Of a stretch of DNA of 33,001 nt, positions 23,859 to 33,001 are shown one piece after another. The notes under the pieces were generated by a model. The model did no database searches, was not told the origin of the DNA, and saw only the letters and a program-made list of their open reading frames with translations. The translations under genes and the position numbers were made by a program. How positions within the stretch are numbered: position 1 is the first letter of the stretch; each line of letters starts with the position of its first letter. Source of the DNA: a virus (Duplodnaviria > Caudoviricetes); the IMG/VR virus record IMGVR_UViG_3300032229_000638, positions 1 through 33,001 of that record; one strand, 5' to 3'.

Positions 23859-26800
23859 ATGGCCCAAAAAACAAATTTAAATATTAGTCCATATTATGAC
23901 GATTTTAGGTCGCAAAATAATTTTTATAAAGTCCTATTCAATCCAGGGCGTCCAATTCAGGCTAGAGAATTAACGACATTACAATCAATTCTTCAAGATC
24001 AGATTGAAAAATTTGGTAGTAATATATTTAAAAACGGTGCTTGTGTAGTTCCAGGTAACGTTACATACGACTCAAATTTTTATGCAGTTAAAATTAACCC
24101 AACTTTATTTGGTGTTGATATTAACTTATATGTCGATAAACTTGTAGGAAAGAAATTAACGGGTCAAACATCAGGAATTATAGCAACAGTTCAATTAGTA
24201 GCAAAACCTGATGGGGACGAAGTAGAATATACTACACTATATGTAAAGTATAACAGTGCGGATAGTAATAATCAAATTTCATCATTTATAGATGGTGAGT
24301 TACTAGTTGCAGAAAACGACAACATCGTTTATGGTGGAGTTACAGTTACTGCGGGAACTCCTCTTGTTGGATTAATTGCAGCTGATGCTACAGCAACAGG
24401 ATCTTCAGCTTCAATTACAGAAGGAGTATATTTTATCAGAGGATATTTTGTATCTGTACCAAAACAAACAATCATCCTAGACTATTATACAAATACACCA
24501 TCATATAGAGTTGGATTAAAAATTACTGAAGAACTTATAACTTCATATGATGATTCATCTTTGTATGATAATGCTAAAGGTTTTACAAACTATGCAGCTC
24601 CTGGCGCTGATAGATTAAAAATTACATTAACGTTAACTAAAAAAGCAAGAACAGATTATAATGATACTGATTTTATTGAAATTTTAAGAACGCAACAGGG
24701 ATCAGTACAACCAATTCAACCAAAAAATGATTACTCTTTAATAAAGGATTATTTAGCTCAAAGAACATATGATGAATCTGGTGATTATACAGTAACTCCA
24801 TTTAATGTATATGTACAAAATTCATTAAATGACAGACTAGGAAATGATGGTTTATATTATAACAATCAAACTACTGATCAGGGTAATACTCCAAGTGATA
24901 ATTTATTGTGTGTAAAAATATCTCCAGGTAAAGCATATGTAAGAGGATATGATATTGATAAAACGGGAGTAACTATTTTAGATGCTCCAAAACCAAGAGA
25001 TACTAAAACTGTAAATAATGTACTTGTACCTTTTCAGATTACAAATACATTAAGAATTAATAATACTAGTGGGGTGCCATCATTCGGTAAGTCAGTAGAT
25101 CTTTATGACCAAAGAAAAACATTAACCGCACCAATTGGATATAAAATTGGTGATGCAAGGGTTTATTCATTGAACCTTTTAGACCCTTCCTATAGTTCTG
25201 GAATTAGTAGTTCAACTCAATATGCACTATATCTTTATGATGTTCAAACTTATACACAATTGCAAGTTAATTTAGGATTAAATGCTACTGATTTACCAAT
25301 TTCTTCTTATGTAAGAGGTTTAAGTAGTGGAGCTAGTGGATATGCTGTTATTGCAGGAACATCCAATTTTATTTTTGGTACTGTAACACAAAACTTAATT
25401 ACTTTAAGACAAGTATCAGGAAATTTCCAAGTTGGTGAACAAATTTTAATTAATGGATTGCCATCTATACCAACAAGAACAGTAGTTGCAGTAAAATCTT
25501 ATAGCACAAAAGATATTAAATCAGTATTCCAGTCAACTTCAGTATCTGGTTTTTCATTAAATTTTGCTGCAGATGTAAGTTTAGAAAAAGTTCCATTCCC
25601 AAACTTAAATTCAACAGATCAAGTTTATATTGATAGTTCTGGAAACTTAACTTGTCCTGGCAAATTCTTCAGTGGTATTACTACTAATACAATTATTAGA
25701 TATCAAAAGTCCGGACAAACTTTAGAAACATACAATAGAGTAACTGGTATAAACACTGCCGGAACATCAATCCAATTAGCATCAATTACAAGTGTAACCG
25801 GAGTCTGTGATGGAACTCTTCCAGGTTCAACGATTCAAACTCCAGTTTCTGTTGGTGTTCCCATTATAAGAAATCAAAATAATGGAAATCTTTACACACC
25901 ACTACCAAATGAAAATATATCTTCAGTAAATCTTGGTGGATCCACTTTAACTTTTACGACTCAAATTACATCAGTAACAAGTACAGGATCTGGAAGTATT
26001 ACATTTAACTTGGCAAATGTAACTGGTATTTCAAGTGCATTCTTCTTACCGTTTAACAATCAAAGATATTCTATATTCTATTCTGATGGAACAGTAGACA
26101 CATTAACTCCGGATAAGTTTTCTTTTAGTGGAAATAATGTCACTATTAGTGGTCTTACTCCAAGTAAAACTATTACTTCTATTAATGCTACTTTACTTAA
26201 AAACGGAATTCAAAGCAAAGTTAAAACTTATAATAGAAGTGCAGTTTTAAATATTATATCTTCAAAATATCCACAGTCTGGACCTGGAGCTGGAATCAAT
26301 ACATCTGTTGGTGATGGTTTAAACTTTAATCAATATTATGGATTAAGAGTACAAGATGAAGAGATTTCTTTAAATTATCCAGATGTTGCCAATCTTCTTG
26401 CAGTTTATGAATCCTTAGATTCTGGACTTCCTGTTTTAGATAGTCTTCTTTTTAGTCCTTTATTAAATGTAACAGGTGCATCAATTATTGGTGAAAATAT
26501 AATTGGCCAAACAAGTGGGACAGTTGCAAGAATTGTAACTAAACCAGCTTCTAATACCATTGGAATTGTTTATCTAAATGCGAATAGATTTGTTCAAGCA
26601 GAAACAATCAATTTTACAGAATCCAATCTTTCTGGAACTTTATTGGGAATTAATTTAGGTAGATTCAAGGACATTACAAATAATTATTTCTTAGATAAAG
26701 GACAAAGAGATCAATATTATGATTATTCAAGAATAGTAAGAAACAAAACAATAACTGAGCCTTCTAGAAGTTTAACAATAGTTTATGATTATTACAGTGT

Positions 26801-29800
26801 ACCATCTAGTGATACTGGAGATGTTTTCACTGTATTGAGTTATGATGCAGCGAGATATAATTATGATATTCCAAACATTGGTTCTTCTCAAGTAAGAGCT
26901 TCGGATACTTTAGATTTTAGACCTTATGTATCTGCATTTTCTGGAAACTCGTCTTCACCATTTGATTTTTCATCAAGAAGTTTTGGTACAAGTTTAAGAA
27001 CTATTGTAACTCCAAATGAGGGGTCTCTTATTGGATATAGTTACTATCTGGGGAGAATTGATAAACTTTATTTAAATAAAAGAGGGCAATTTTTACTATC
27101 TCAAGGAACATCTGCGGATAATCCAAGACCACCAGAATTTAGTGATGATGTAATGGAAATTGCCACAATTTCATTACCTCCGTATCTTTATGAACCGAAA
27201 ACAACTTCTATTGCTCTAACTGATAATAGAAGATATACGATGAGAGATATTGGTACAATTGATAGGAGAGTTTCTAACTTAGAAACTGTTACTACTCTTT
27301 CTTTACTTGAAGTTAATACAAAGAGTTTGCAAATTAGAGATGCTCAAGGATTAGATAGATTTAAGAGTGGATTTTTTGTTGATGATTTTTCTTCTTCTAC
27401 ATTTGTTGATTCTACTTATTCTTCGGTAGAAGTTGATACTGATGCAAAGGAGTTAAGACCCATTGTATCTAGAAATACACTTCAAAGTCAAATTGCACCT
27501 GCTTTAACAGTTGCAGATCAAAATTTAGATCTTACTGTAGATTTTGATCTATTAGATCCAAATCTAGTTAAAAGAAAAAATGCAGTTCTTTTAAAATATA
27601 AAGAAATAGAATGGATTAAACAACCTTTAGCAACTAAAGTTGAAAATGTGAATCCATTTAATGTTGTACAATATACGGGAACTGTTAAATTAAATCCAGA
27701 AAAAGATTATTGGGTAAGAACAATTCAAACTCAAGGCAGAATAATTGAACAAGAAAGACACATTTGGCTTTTCGCTATTGGTAGAAGAGTTACTTTACGA
27801 TGGGAAACAAATATTTCTACTCAAAATGTTTTAGTATCAAGTAACAGAGAACTCTATATGAGATCTCGTAATACTGAATTTTTTGCAAGGAATATGAGAC
27901 CTTTCGTAAAGTATTATCAATTTCTTGATGGAAATAGTGGAGTAGATTTTGTACCTAAACTTCTAGAAATTGCTACTGATTCTACACTTGCAAATTATGG
28001 TTCATCAGTATCATTTACTGTTGGTGAAACTGTAGTAGGAACATATAATGGTGTTCAACTAATTAAATTTAGAGTTGCTACTCCAAATCATAAAACTGGA
28101 CCATTTAATGCTCCAATAAAAACATATAATAAAAATCCATATGTAAAGAGTGAAACTTTACCATCTTCATATAGTGCTTCGAGTAAAATTGTAAATATTG
28201 ATACCGGATCTCTTGCGGCAGAGGCCCAAGGATTATATTCTGGTTATGTGGTAAAAGGAATGGTTCTTACCGGTCAATCCAGTGGAGCTACTGCATATGT
28301 CAAGGATTTAAGGTTAGTTTCTGATGAATATGGTGATTTAATAGGAACATTTTTCTTAAGAGATCCTCTATCAAATCCACCACCTGCTGTAAGAATTCAA
28401 ACTGGATCTAAAACTTACAAACTTAGTTCAAGTCCTACTGATACCCCACCATTACCAGGAGATTTACTTCAGAATAGTGCACAAACAATATACAATTCTG
28501 AAGGTGTCCAAAATGTAATGCAAACGGTAACCACAATTACCAGAACGGAGTATTACTTAGATCCTCTCGCACAATCATTTAGTGTTGGTAGAAATATATC
28601 AGATGGTACTGCAGATTCCCCAACAGAAGATGATAATGGAGTTTTCATTACTTCAGTAGATATTTTCTTCGCAACAAAAGATCCAGAAAATGCACCATTA
28701 ACTGTAGAAATTAGAACAGTAGTTTTAGGAACTCCAACTAGTGAAATTGTTGGTGAGTCGGTAACAATTACACCAGATGAGGTTAAAACCTCAACAAATG
28801 CATCTGTTGCAACAAATATTAAATTCCCATATCCAATCTATCTTGCATCTGGAAGAGAATATGCAATCGTCTTACTCTCTCCATATAGTGATGAGTATCA
28901 AGTTTGGGTTGCAGAAATGGGTAAAACGACCGTTAACACGGCAAATTTACCAAATGCTGAAGGTGTAATCTATTCAAGGCAGTTTGCTCTCGGAAGTCTC
29001 TTCAAGTCTCAAAATGGCACAATTTGGACAGCAAATCAATATGAAGATATGATGTTCAAACTTTATAAGGCTGAATTCACATCAACGACTGGAACCGCAA
29101 TATTTTACAATCCGACTCTTGACCAAAGTAATAGTTATGTTATTAAACTTAGGAATAATGCGATTACAACATTCCCAAGAAGATTAAATGTTGGAATTGT
29201 AACTACTACAGTTGGTGGAGTAATTGGTATTTTAACGACAGGTAGAAAAGTAAGCGATAATGGTAAACCTTATAACTATGGTTATGTTATTGGTCAAGGA
29301 GGTCCGACTGGATCTGTAGGTATTACTACTGGTGGATTTGGTTATACTGGAACACTATCCAATGCTTCAACCTTTGCAATTACTGGAAGTGGTTCTGGTC
29401 TTGTACTTAGTTTAACTGCTACTCAATCAGTTATTACTGCTGCAAGTATTGTCACTGCTGGAAATGGTTACGCTATAGGTGATGTAGTTGGCATTGTTAC
29501 ATCTACTGTATCTGGTGTAGGCATTAATGCACAATTAACTATTACTTCAATTAATGGTCTCGATACTTTATACCTATCTAACGTACAAGGAAATTCATTT
29601 ACCGTTGGTGGAACATTAACCTATTATGATAATAGTGGAAACATAGTTTCACTGGCAGGAACAACAATTAGAACTTCTGCTGCAGTTGGTGGTCAAAATT
29701 CTGGATATATTATGGGTATTGATCATTTTGATCATGGCATGAACTCAACATCTAATTATGTAACTATAACTGGAGCACAATCTAACGTACCACCAGTTCT

Positions 29801-31055
29801 TACATCTACCAATCTTTCATTAACAGATACATCAATTAATGTTGCTACAGCAGACACAGCAAACTTTACATCATATGAAGGTGTATCAATTGGATCTAGT
29901 AATCCTGGTTATGTAATTGTTGATAATGAAATTATCCAGTACACTTCAATTGGTAATGGATCTCTCGGTGGATTAGTTCGTGGAATTGATGGAACTATTC
30001 CACAGCCCCACATTGTTTCTTCTCAACTTTACAAATACGAACTTAATGGTGTTTCACTAAGAAGAATCAATACGACTTTTGGAATTAACAGTCTTTATCC
30101 AACCAGTGATGGATATTTTGTACAAATTGGAGTTGGTACTGCAGGAGGAAATACAGATAGAAGTACTGACAATGGATTCCCAACACTAGCTTTTGCATCT
30201 CAAGCAAATCTTGGTGGCGAAAACATTTATGCTACTGAAAATATTCAATTCGATGCTCTAATACCAAATTATAATGTAATTACTCCAGGTGATAAAACCT
30301 CAGTTAGTGCCTCAATTAGAACTATCAGTGGAACTAGCATGGGTGGAAACGAATCTTCATTTATTGATCAAGGATTCCAAAATATACAATTAAATGCTTT
30401 AAATCGCCTTACAACGACCAGAATCGTTGCATCAAGAGTTAATGAAATAAATTATCTTTCACCTTTAGTTTTCCAAAGAAGTAAGTCTTTTACTACAAAT
30501 ATTGTATTATCAACGACAGATAAAAATCTGTCTCCTATGATATATCTGAATGAGGCATTTACAGAATTCCGTAGTAATCGTATTAATAATCCAATTCAAA
30601 ATTTCCCATTAGATCCTCGCGTAAACTCCCTAATCTACGATCCAAGTGCTGCTATCTATGTTTCTACTCCAGTTTTCTTAGATCAACCAGCAAGAGGATT
30701 AAAGATCTATCTGAGTGCATATCGTGATGTATCTGCGGATTTTAGAGTTCTTTATAGTTTAATCAGACCAAATGCTAATGGAATCATTCAAGCATTTGAA
30801 CTATTCCCAGGTTATGATAACCTTAGGGACACTACAGGTAGTGGATTTGGAGATACTATAATCAATCCCGCCAATAATAGCGGATTGCCAGATAGATATG
30901 TAAGAGGAAGTAATCTTGACGAATTCCTTGAATATGTTTATACTGCAGACAATCTTGATTTATTTACTGGATATGTAATAAAAATTGTTTTTGAAGGAAC
31001 TAATCAAGCTCTTGCTCCAAGATTAAATTCAATTAGAACAATTGCAATTAGATGA
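23859..31055 (+). CDS. Large virion structural protein, VrlC/DUF4815-like (2398 aa)
   Basis: TNLNISPYYDDF, VLFNPGRPIQARELTTLQSILQ, APGADRLKI, RTYDESGDY, DRFKSGFFVDDF, DPLAQSF, GSLFKSQNGTIWTA. Confidence 0.88.
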   Translation: MAQKTNLNISPYYDDFRSQNNFYKVLFNPGRPIQARELTTLQSILQDQIEKFGSNIFKNGACVVPGNVTYDSNFYAVKINPTLFGVDINLYVDKLVGKKLTGQTSGIIATVQLVAKPDGDEVEYTTLYVKYNSADSNNQISSFIDGELLVAENDNIVYGGVTVTAGTPLVGLIAADATATGSSASITEGVYFIRGYFVSVPKQTIILDYYTNTPSYRVGLKITEELITSYDDSSLYDNAKGFTNYAAPGADRLKITLTLTKKARTDYNDTDFIEILRTQQGSVQPIQPKNDYSLIKDYLAQRTYDESGDYTVTPFNVYVQNSLNDRLGNDGLYYNNQTTDQGNTPSDNLLCVKISPGKAYVRGYDIDKTGVTILDAPKPRDTKTVNNVLVPFQITNTLRINNTSGVPSFGKSVDLYDQRKTLTAPIGYKIGDARVYSLNLLDPSYSSGISSSTQYALYLYDVQTYTQLQVNLGLNATDLPISSYVRGLSSGASGYAVIAGTSNFIFGTVTQNLITLRQVSGNFQVGEQILINGLPSIPTRTVVAVKSYSTKDIKSVFQSTSVSGFSLNFAADVSLEKVPFPNLNSTDQVYIDSSGNLTCPGKFFSGITTNTIIRYQKSGQTLETYNRVTGINTAGTSIQLASITSVTGVCDGTLPGSTIQTPVSVGVPIIRNQNNGNLYTPLPNENISSVNLGGSTLTFTTQITSVTSTGSGSITFNLANVTGISSAFFLPFNNQRYSIFYSDGTVDTLTPDKFSFSGNNVTISGLTPSKTITSINATLLKNGIQSKVKTYNRSAVLNIISSKYPQSGPGAGINTSVGDGLNFNQYYGLRVQDEEISLNYPDVANLLAVYESLDSGLPVLDSLLFSPLLNVTGASIIGENIIGQTSGTVARIVTKPASNTIGIVYLNANRFVQAETINFTESNLSGTLLGINLGRFKDITNNYFLDKGQRDQYYDYSRIVRNKTITEPSRSLTIVYDYYSVPSSDTGDVFTVLSYDAARYNYDIPNIGSSQVRASDTLDFRPYVSAFSGNSSSPFDFSSRSFGTSLRTIVTPNEGSLIGYSYYLGRIDKLYLNKRGQFLLSQGTSADNPRPPEFSDDVMEIATISLPPYLYEPKTTSIALTDNRRYTMRDIGTIDRRVSNLETVTTLSLLEVNTKSLQIRDAQGLDRFKSGFFVDDFSSSTFVDSTYSSVEVDTDAKELRPIVSRNTLQSQIAPALTVADQNLDLTVDFDLLDPNLVKRKNAVLLKYKEIEWIKQPLATKVENVNPFNVVQYTGTVKLNPEKDYWVRTIQTQGRIIEQERHIWLFAIGRRVTLRWETNISTQNVLVSSNRELYMRSRNTEFFARNMRPFVKYYQFLDGNSGVDFVPKLLEIATDSTLANYGSSVSFTVGETVVGTYNGVQLIKFRVATPNHKTGPFNAPIKTYNKNPYVKSETLPSSYSASSKIVNIDTGSLAAEAQGLYSGYVVKGMVLTGQSSGATAYVKDLRLVSDEYGDLIGTFFLRDPLSNPPPAVRIQTGSKTYKLSSSPTDTPPLPGDLLQNSAQTIYNSEGVQNVMQTVTTITRTEYYLDPLAQSFSVGRNISDGTADSPTEDDNGVFITSVDIFFATKDPENAPLTVEIRTVVLGTPTSEIVGESVTITPDEVKTSTNASVATNIKFPYPIYLASGREYAIVLLSPYSDEYQVWVAEMGKTTVNTANLPNAEGVIYSRQFALGSLFKSQNGTIWTANQYEDMMFKLYKAEFTSTTGTAIFYNPTLDQSNSYVIKLRNNAITTFPRRLNVGIVTTTVGGVIGILTTGRKVSDNGKPYNYGYVIGQGGPTGSVGITTGGFGYTGTLSNASTFAITGSGSGLVLSLTATQSVITAASIVTAGNGYAIGDVVGIVTSTVSGVGINAQLTITSINGLDTLYLSNVQGNSFTVGGTLTYYDNSGNIVSLAGTTIRTSAAVGGQNSGYIMGIDHFDHGMNSTSNYVTITGAQSNVPPVLTSTNLSLTDTSINVATADTANFTSYEGVSIGSSNPGYVIVDNEIIQYTSIGNGSLGGLVRGIDGTIPQPHIVSSQLYKYELNGVSLRRINTTFGINSLYPTSDGYFVQIGVGTAGGNTDRSTDNGFPTLAFASQANLGGENIYATENIQFDALIPNYNVITPGDKTSVSASIRTISGTSMGGNESSFIDQGFQNIQLNALNRLTTTRIVASRVNEINYLSPLVFQRSKSFTTNIVLSTTDKNLSPMIYLNEAFTEFRSNRINNPIQNFPLDPRVNSLIYDPSAAIYVSTPVFLDQPARGLKIYLSAYRDVSADFRVLYSLIRPNANGIIQAFELFPGYDNLRDTTGSGFGDTIINPANNSGLPDRYVRGSNLDEFLEYVYTADNLDLFTGYVIKIVFEGTNQALAPRLNSIRTIAIR

Positions 31056-31261
31056 GAATTCCAGTAGAAGGACATCCAAATCTGTATAGAGATGCATACA
31101 CGGGTGCTATTATTAATTGTGATGTTGAAGATTATAAAAATTATGTAAATGCTATTTCCAAAAAAGATCAGGAAAAAGCAGAAATTGAAGAAATGAAAAA
31201 TGAAGTTAAAGAGATTAAATCTCTTCTTAAGCAATTGGTGAATAAAAATGAAACCATCTGA
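31052..31261 (+). CDS. Small protein with C-terminal coiled coil (69 aa)
   Basis: ATGA overlap; VEGHPNLYRD...GAIIN followed by heptad-like helix. Confidence 0.8.
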   Translation: MRIPVEGHPNLYRDAYTGAIINCDVEDYKNYVNAISKKDQEKAEIEEMKNEVKEIKSLLKQLVNKNETI

Positions 31262-31430
31262 TATCCAATTGGAAAATCTTTCAAAATCTTTTGAATATGA
31301 AAGAATGGCTAGAGAAATTGAAAATTGCAATGATGTGGAAACTTTGAAAAATATTGCAAAATCTTATGTTAAACTCTATTTAAAGCAAGAAGAGACTATA
31401 CTTAATTTGGGTCTTAATTTTGACTTATAA
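31248..31430 (+). CDS. Small helical protein, NblA-like candidate (60 aa)
   Basis: Helix-loop-helix with L-x-x-L-S-x-x-F-(x8)-I...L-Y-x-x-Q pattern resembling NblA. Confidence 0.55.
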   Translation: MKPSDIQLENLSKSFEYERMAREIENCNDVETLKNIAKSYVKLYLKQEETILNLGLNFDL

Positions 31431-31433
31431 ATA
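31426..31433 (+). promoter_or_regulatory. T4-type late promoter TATAAATA
   Basis: Exact consensus upstream of ORF 31461. Confidence 0.85.
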
Positions 31434-31460
31434 TAGGATAGATAGATATACCTGATGTAA

Positions 31461-31802
31461 ATGGCAGCTGTATATGTCAGCAACATAGTAATTAATTCTG
31501 GTGCAGATTTTTCTCAGACTTTTCTATTGGATGATACCAATAGTAATTCTGCATTAAATCTGACTGGGTATGGTGTGAGTTGTCAAATGAGAAAGTATGC
31601 AGGAAGTGCGTCTGTATACAATTTTCAAACATCTATTCCTAGTCCAACAACTGGAACAATTCAGATTGGACTTAGTACATCTGTGACTTCCTCAATAAGA
31701 CCAGGAAGATATATTTATGACATTGTTGTTACTGCTCCAAATAACACCAAAACTAGAGTGATTGAAGGAATGGCTCTAGTTAGAGAAGGAGTCACAAGGT
31801 AA
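31461..31802 (+). CDS. Small beta-sandwich virion protein (113 aa)
   Basis: GADFSQTF, LNLTGY...QMRK, GRYIYDIVV, RVIEG; late promoter; structural context. Confidence 0.75.
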   Translation: MAAVYVSNIVINSGADFSQTFLLDDTNSNSALNLTGYGVSCQMRKYAGSASVYNFQTSIPSPTTGTIQIGLSTSVTSSIRPGRYIYDIVVTAPNNTKTRVIEGMALVREGVTR

Positions 31803-32200
31803 TGGCAGATATCAGAGTAAGAGTTGGACAACAAAATTCAATCAAGGTCATATCGGCCTTGTCTGGACAGGCAGGTTCTATATCATCAACTACAGCAAAT
31901 TATGCAGATTATGCAGAATATGCAAGAGTTGCGGGAATTGCCACTAATTTAAAACCAAATGCCAAAATTGATGTTGCAACACTAAATGTTGGTGGTATTT
32001 CAACATTTGGACAACCAATTAAATATGAAGTTGGTAATTATGATGGTCCCAATGGAATTGCATATTTTAACAATAGCGGTCAATTAATTTCAAGTTCAGA
32101 TTCAGATTCACCACAAAATAGGGTTAATGGTGTTGTTTTATCAATTAATGATTCCGGAGTTCCTGTTTGGTCTAATGTAATAGATGGAGGCTTTTACTAA
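31802..32200 (+). CDS. Putative small virion/fibre-associated protein (132 aa)
   Basis: TAATG coupling on both sides; LNVGGISTF and C-terminal IDGGFY motifs typical of cyanophage fibre proteins. Confidence 0.7.
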   Translation: MADIRVRVGQQNSIKVISALSGQAGSISSTTANYADYAEYARVAGIATNLKPNAKIDVATLNVGGISTFGQPIKYEVGNYDGPNGIAYFNNSGQLISSSDSDSPQNRVNGVVLSINDSGVPVWSNVIDGGFY

Positions 32201-33001
32201 TGGCAAAACCTGCAAGTAGACAAGAACTTATTGATTATTGTCTAAGAAGACTGGGATATCCTGTATTAGAAATCAACGTAGATGATGATCAAATAGATGA
32301 CCTTGTTGATGATGCACTTCAATATTTTTATGAAAGACACTTTGATGGTGTCGAAAGAATGTATTTAAAATATAGAATTAGTCAGGAAGATATTGATAGG
32401 GGTAGAGCAAAGGGAACTGTAGGACCAGGAATCGTAACTACAACTGGAAGACCAAGTTCTTCTGGAATTCAAACTACTTTTAATTTTTATGAAACCTCAA
32501 ATTATATTCAAATTCCGGATTCGGTAATTGGTATTGAAAAAGTTTTCAAATTTGATACCAGTGATATTTCTGGTGGTATGTTTAGTATCAAATATCAATT
32601 ATTTTTAAATGATTTATATTATTTTAATTCTGTTGAATTATTACAATATGCAATGGTTAAGACATACCTAGAAGATATCGACTTTTTATTAAAAACTGAA
32701 AAACAAATAAGATTTAATAAAAGACAGAATAGAATGTATCTTGACATTGATTGGTTACAGCAAAAACCAGATTCATTTTTAATTATTGATTGTTATAGAA
32801 TTCTTGATCCTAACGATTTTACTAATGTTTATAATGATAGTTTCTTAAAGAGATATTTGACTGCTCTTATTAAGAGACAATGGGGACAAAACTTAATTAA
32901 ATTTAGAGGAGTAAAACTTCCAGGTGGAATCGAATTAAATGGAAGAGAAATTTATGATGATGCAGAAAGAGAAATAGAAGCAATAAGAGAAAGAATGGCA
33001 A
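32200..33001 (+). CDS. gp13: Neck protein gp13 (3' end truncated by window)
   Basis: Translated by hand: MAKPASRQELIDYCLRRLGYPVLEINVDDDQIDDLVDDALQYFYERHFDG...KRQWGQNLIKFRGVKLPGGIELNG; absent from the ORF track because there is no stop in the window. Confidence 0.93.
   Translation, partial: MAKPASRQELIDYCLRRLGYPVLEINVDDDQIDDLVDDALQYFYERHFDGVERMYLKYRISQEDIDRGRAKGTVGPGIVTTTGRPSSSGIQTTFNFYETSNYIQIPDSVIGIEKVFKFDTSDISGGMFSIKYQLFLNDLYYFNSVELLQYAMVKTYLEDIDFLLKTEKQIRFNKRQNRMYLDIDWLQQKPDSFLIIDCYRILDPNDFTNVYNDSFLKRYLTALIKRQWGQNLIKFRGVKLPGGIELNGREIYDDAEREIEAIRERMA

Noticed and set aside
10221-31055. Intein, intron or diversity-generating retroelement explaining the giant genes
   Set aside because: Reading frames are uninterrupted; I saw no intein splice motifs, homing endonuclease, reverse transcriptase or TR/VR nucleotide repeat pair (by eye only)
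10388-31330. Short internal or antisense ORFs within gp7, gp8 and the VrlC-like gene, and 31004..31330
   Set aside because: Expected by chance opposite long Gly/Ser/Thr-rich genes; no independent signals

Overview
Segment of a T4-like cyanomyovirus (cyanophage) genome; every credible protein gene is on the + strand. (1) 1-~4615 is a visibly GC-richer, modular early/accessory region of small ORFs (GP88-like Cys protein, winged-helix protein, KTSC-like protein, several short hypotheticals). It is organised by six copies of a 24-bp palindrome lying 28-31 bp upstream of a -10 box. Almost every start codon there is preceded by a hairpin plus an ACCACACC motif where a Shine-Dalgarno would normally be. 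The same region holds a long hairpin carrying the exact antisense of that motif, two diverged copies of a ~52-nt structured non-coding element, a tRNA-like element and a CTAG-palindrome/AT-rich tract. (2) ~4800-7860 holds a Zn-finger membrane protein, an AbrB-like protein, a GT-A glycosyltransferase, small basic peptides, an ATP-grasp-like protein, speD and a hypothetical. (3) 7888-33001 is an AT-rich late structural module: gp25, gp6, a giant gp7 (4014 aa), gp8, a VrlC/DUF4815-like virion protein, small ORFs including an NblA-like candidate, and gp13 (truncated by the window end), with T4-type TATAAATA late promoters. The most promising undescribed system is an RNA-level control circuit for the early genes (shared ACCACACC leaders plus an antisense GUGGUGUGGUG hairpin RNA) together with the duplicated non-coding element. 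Protein family calls are from motif recognition only; no searches were run.
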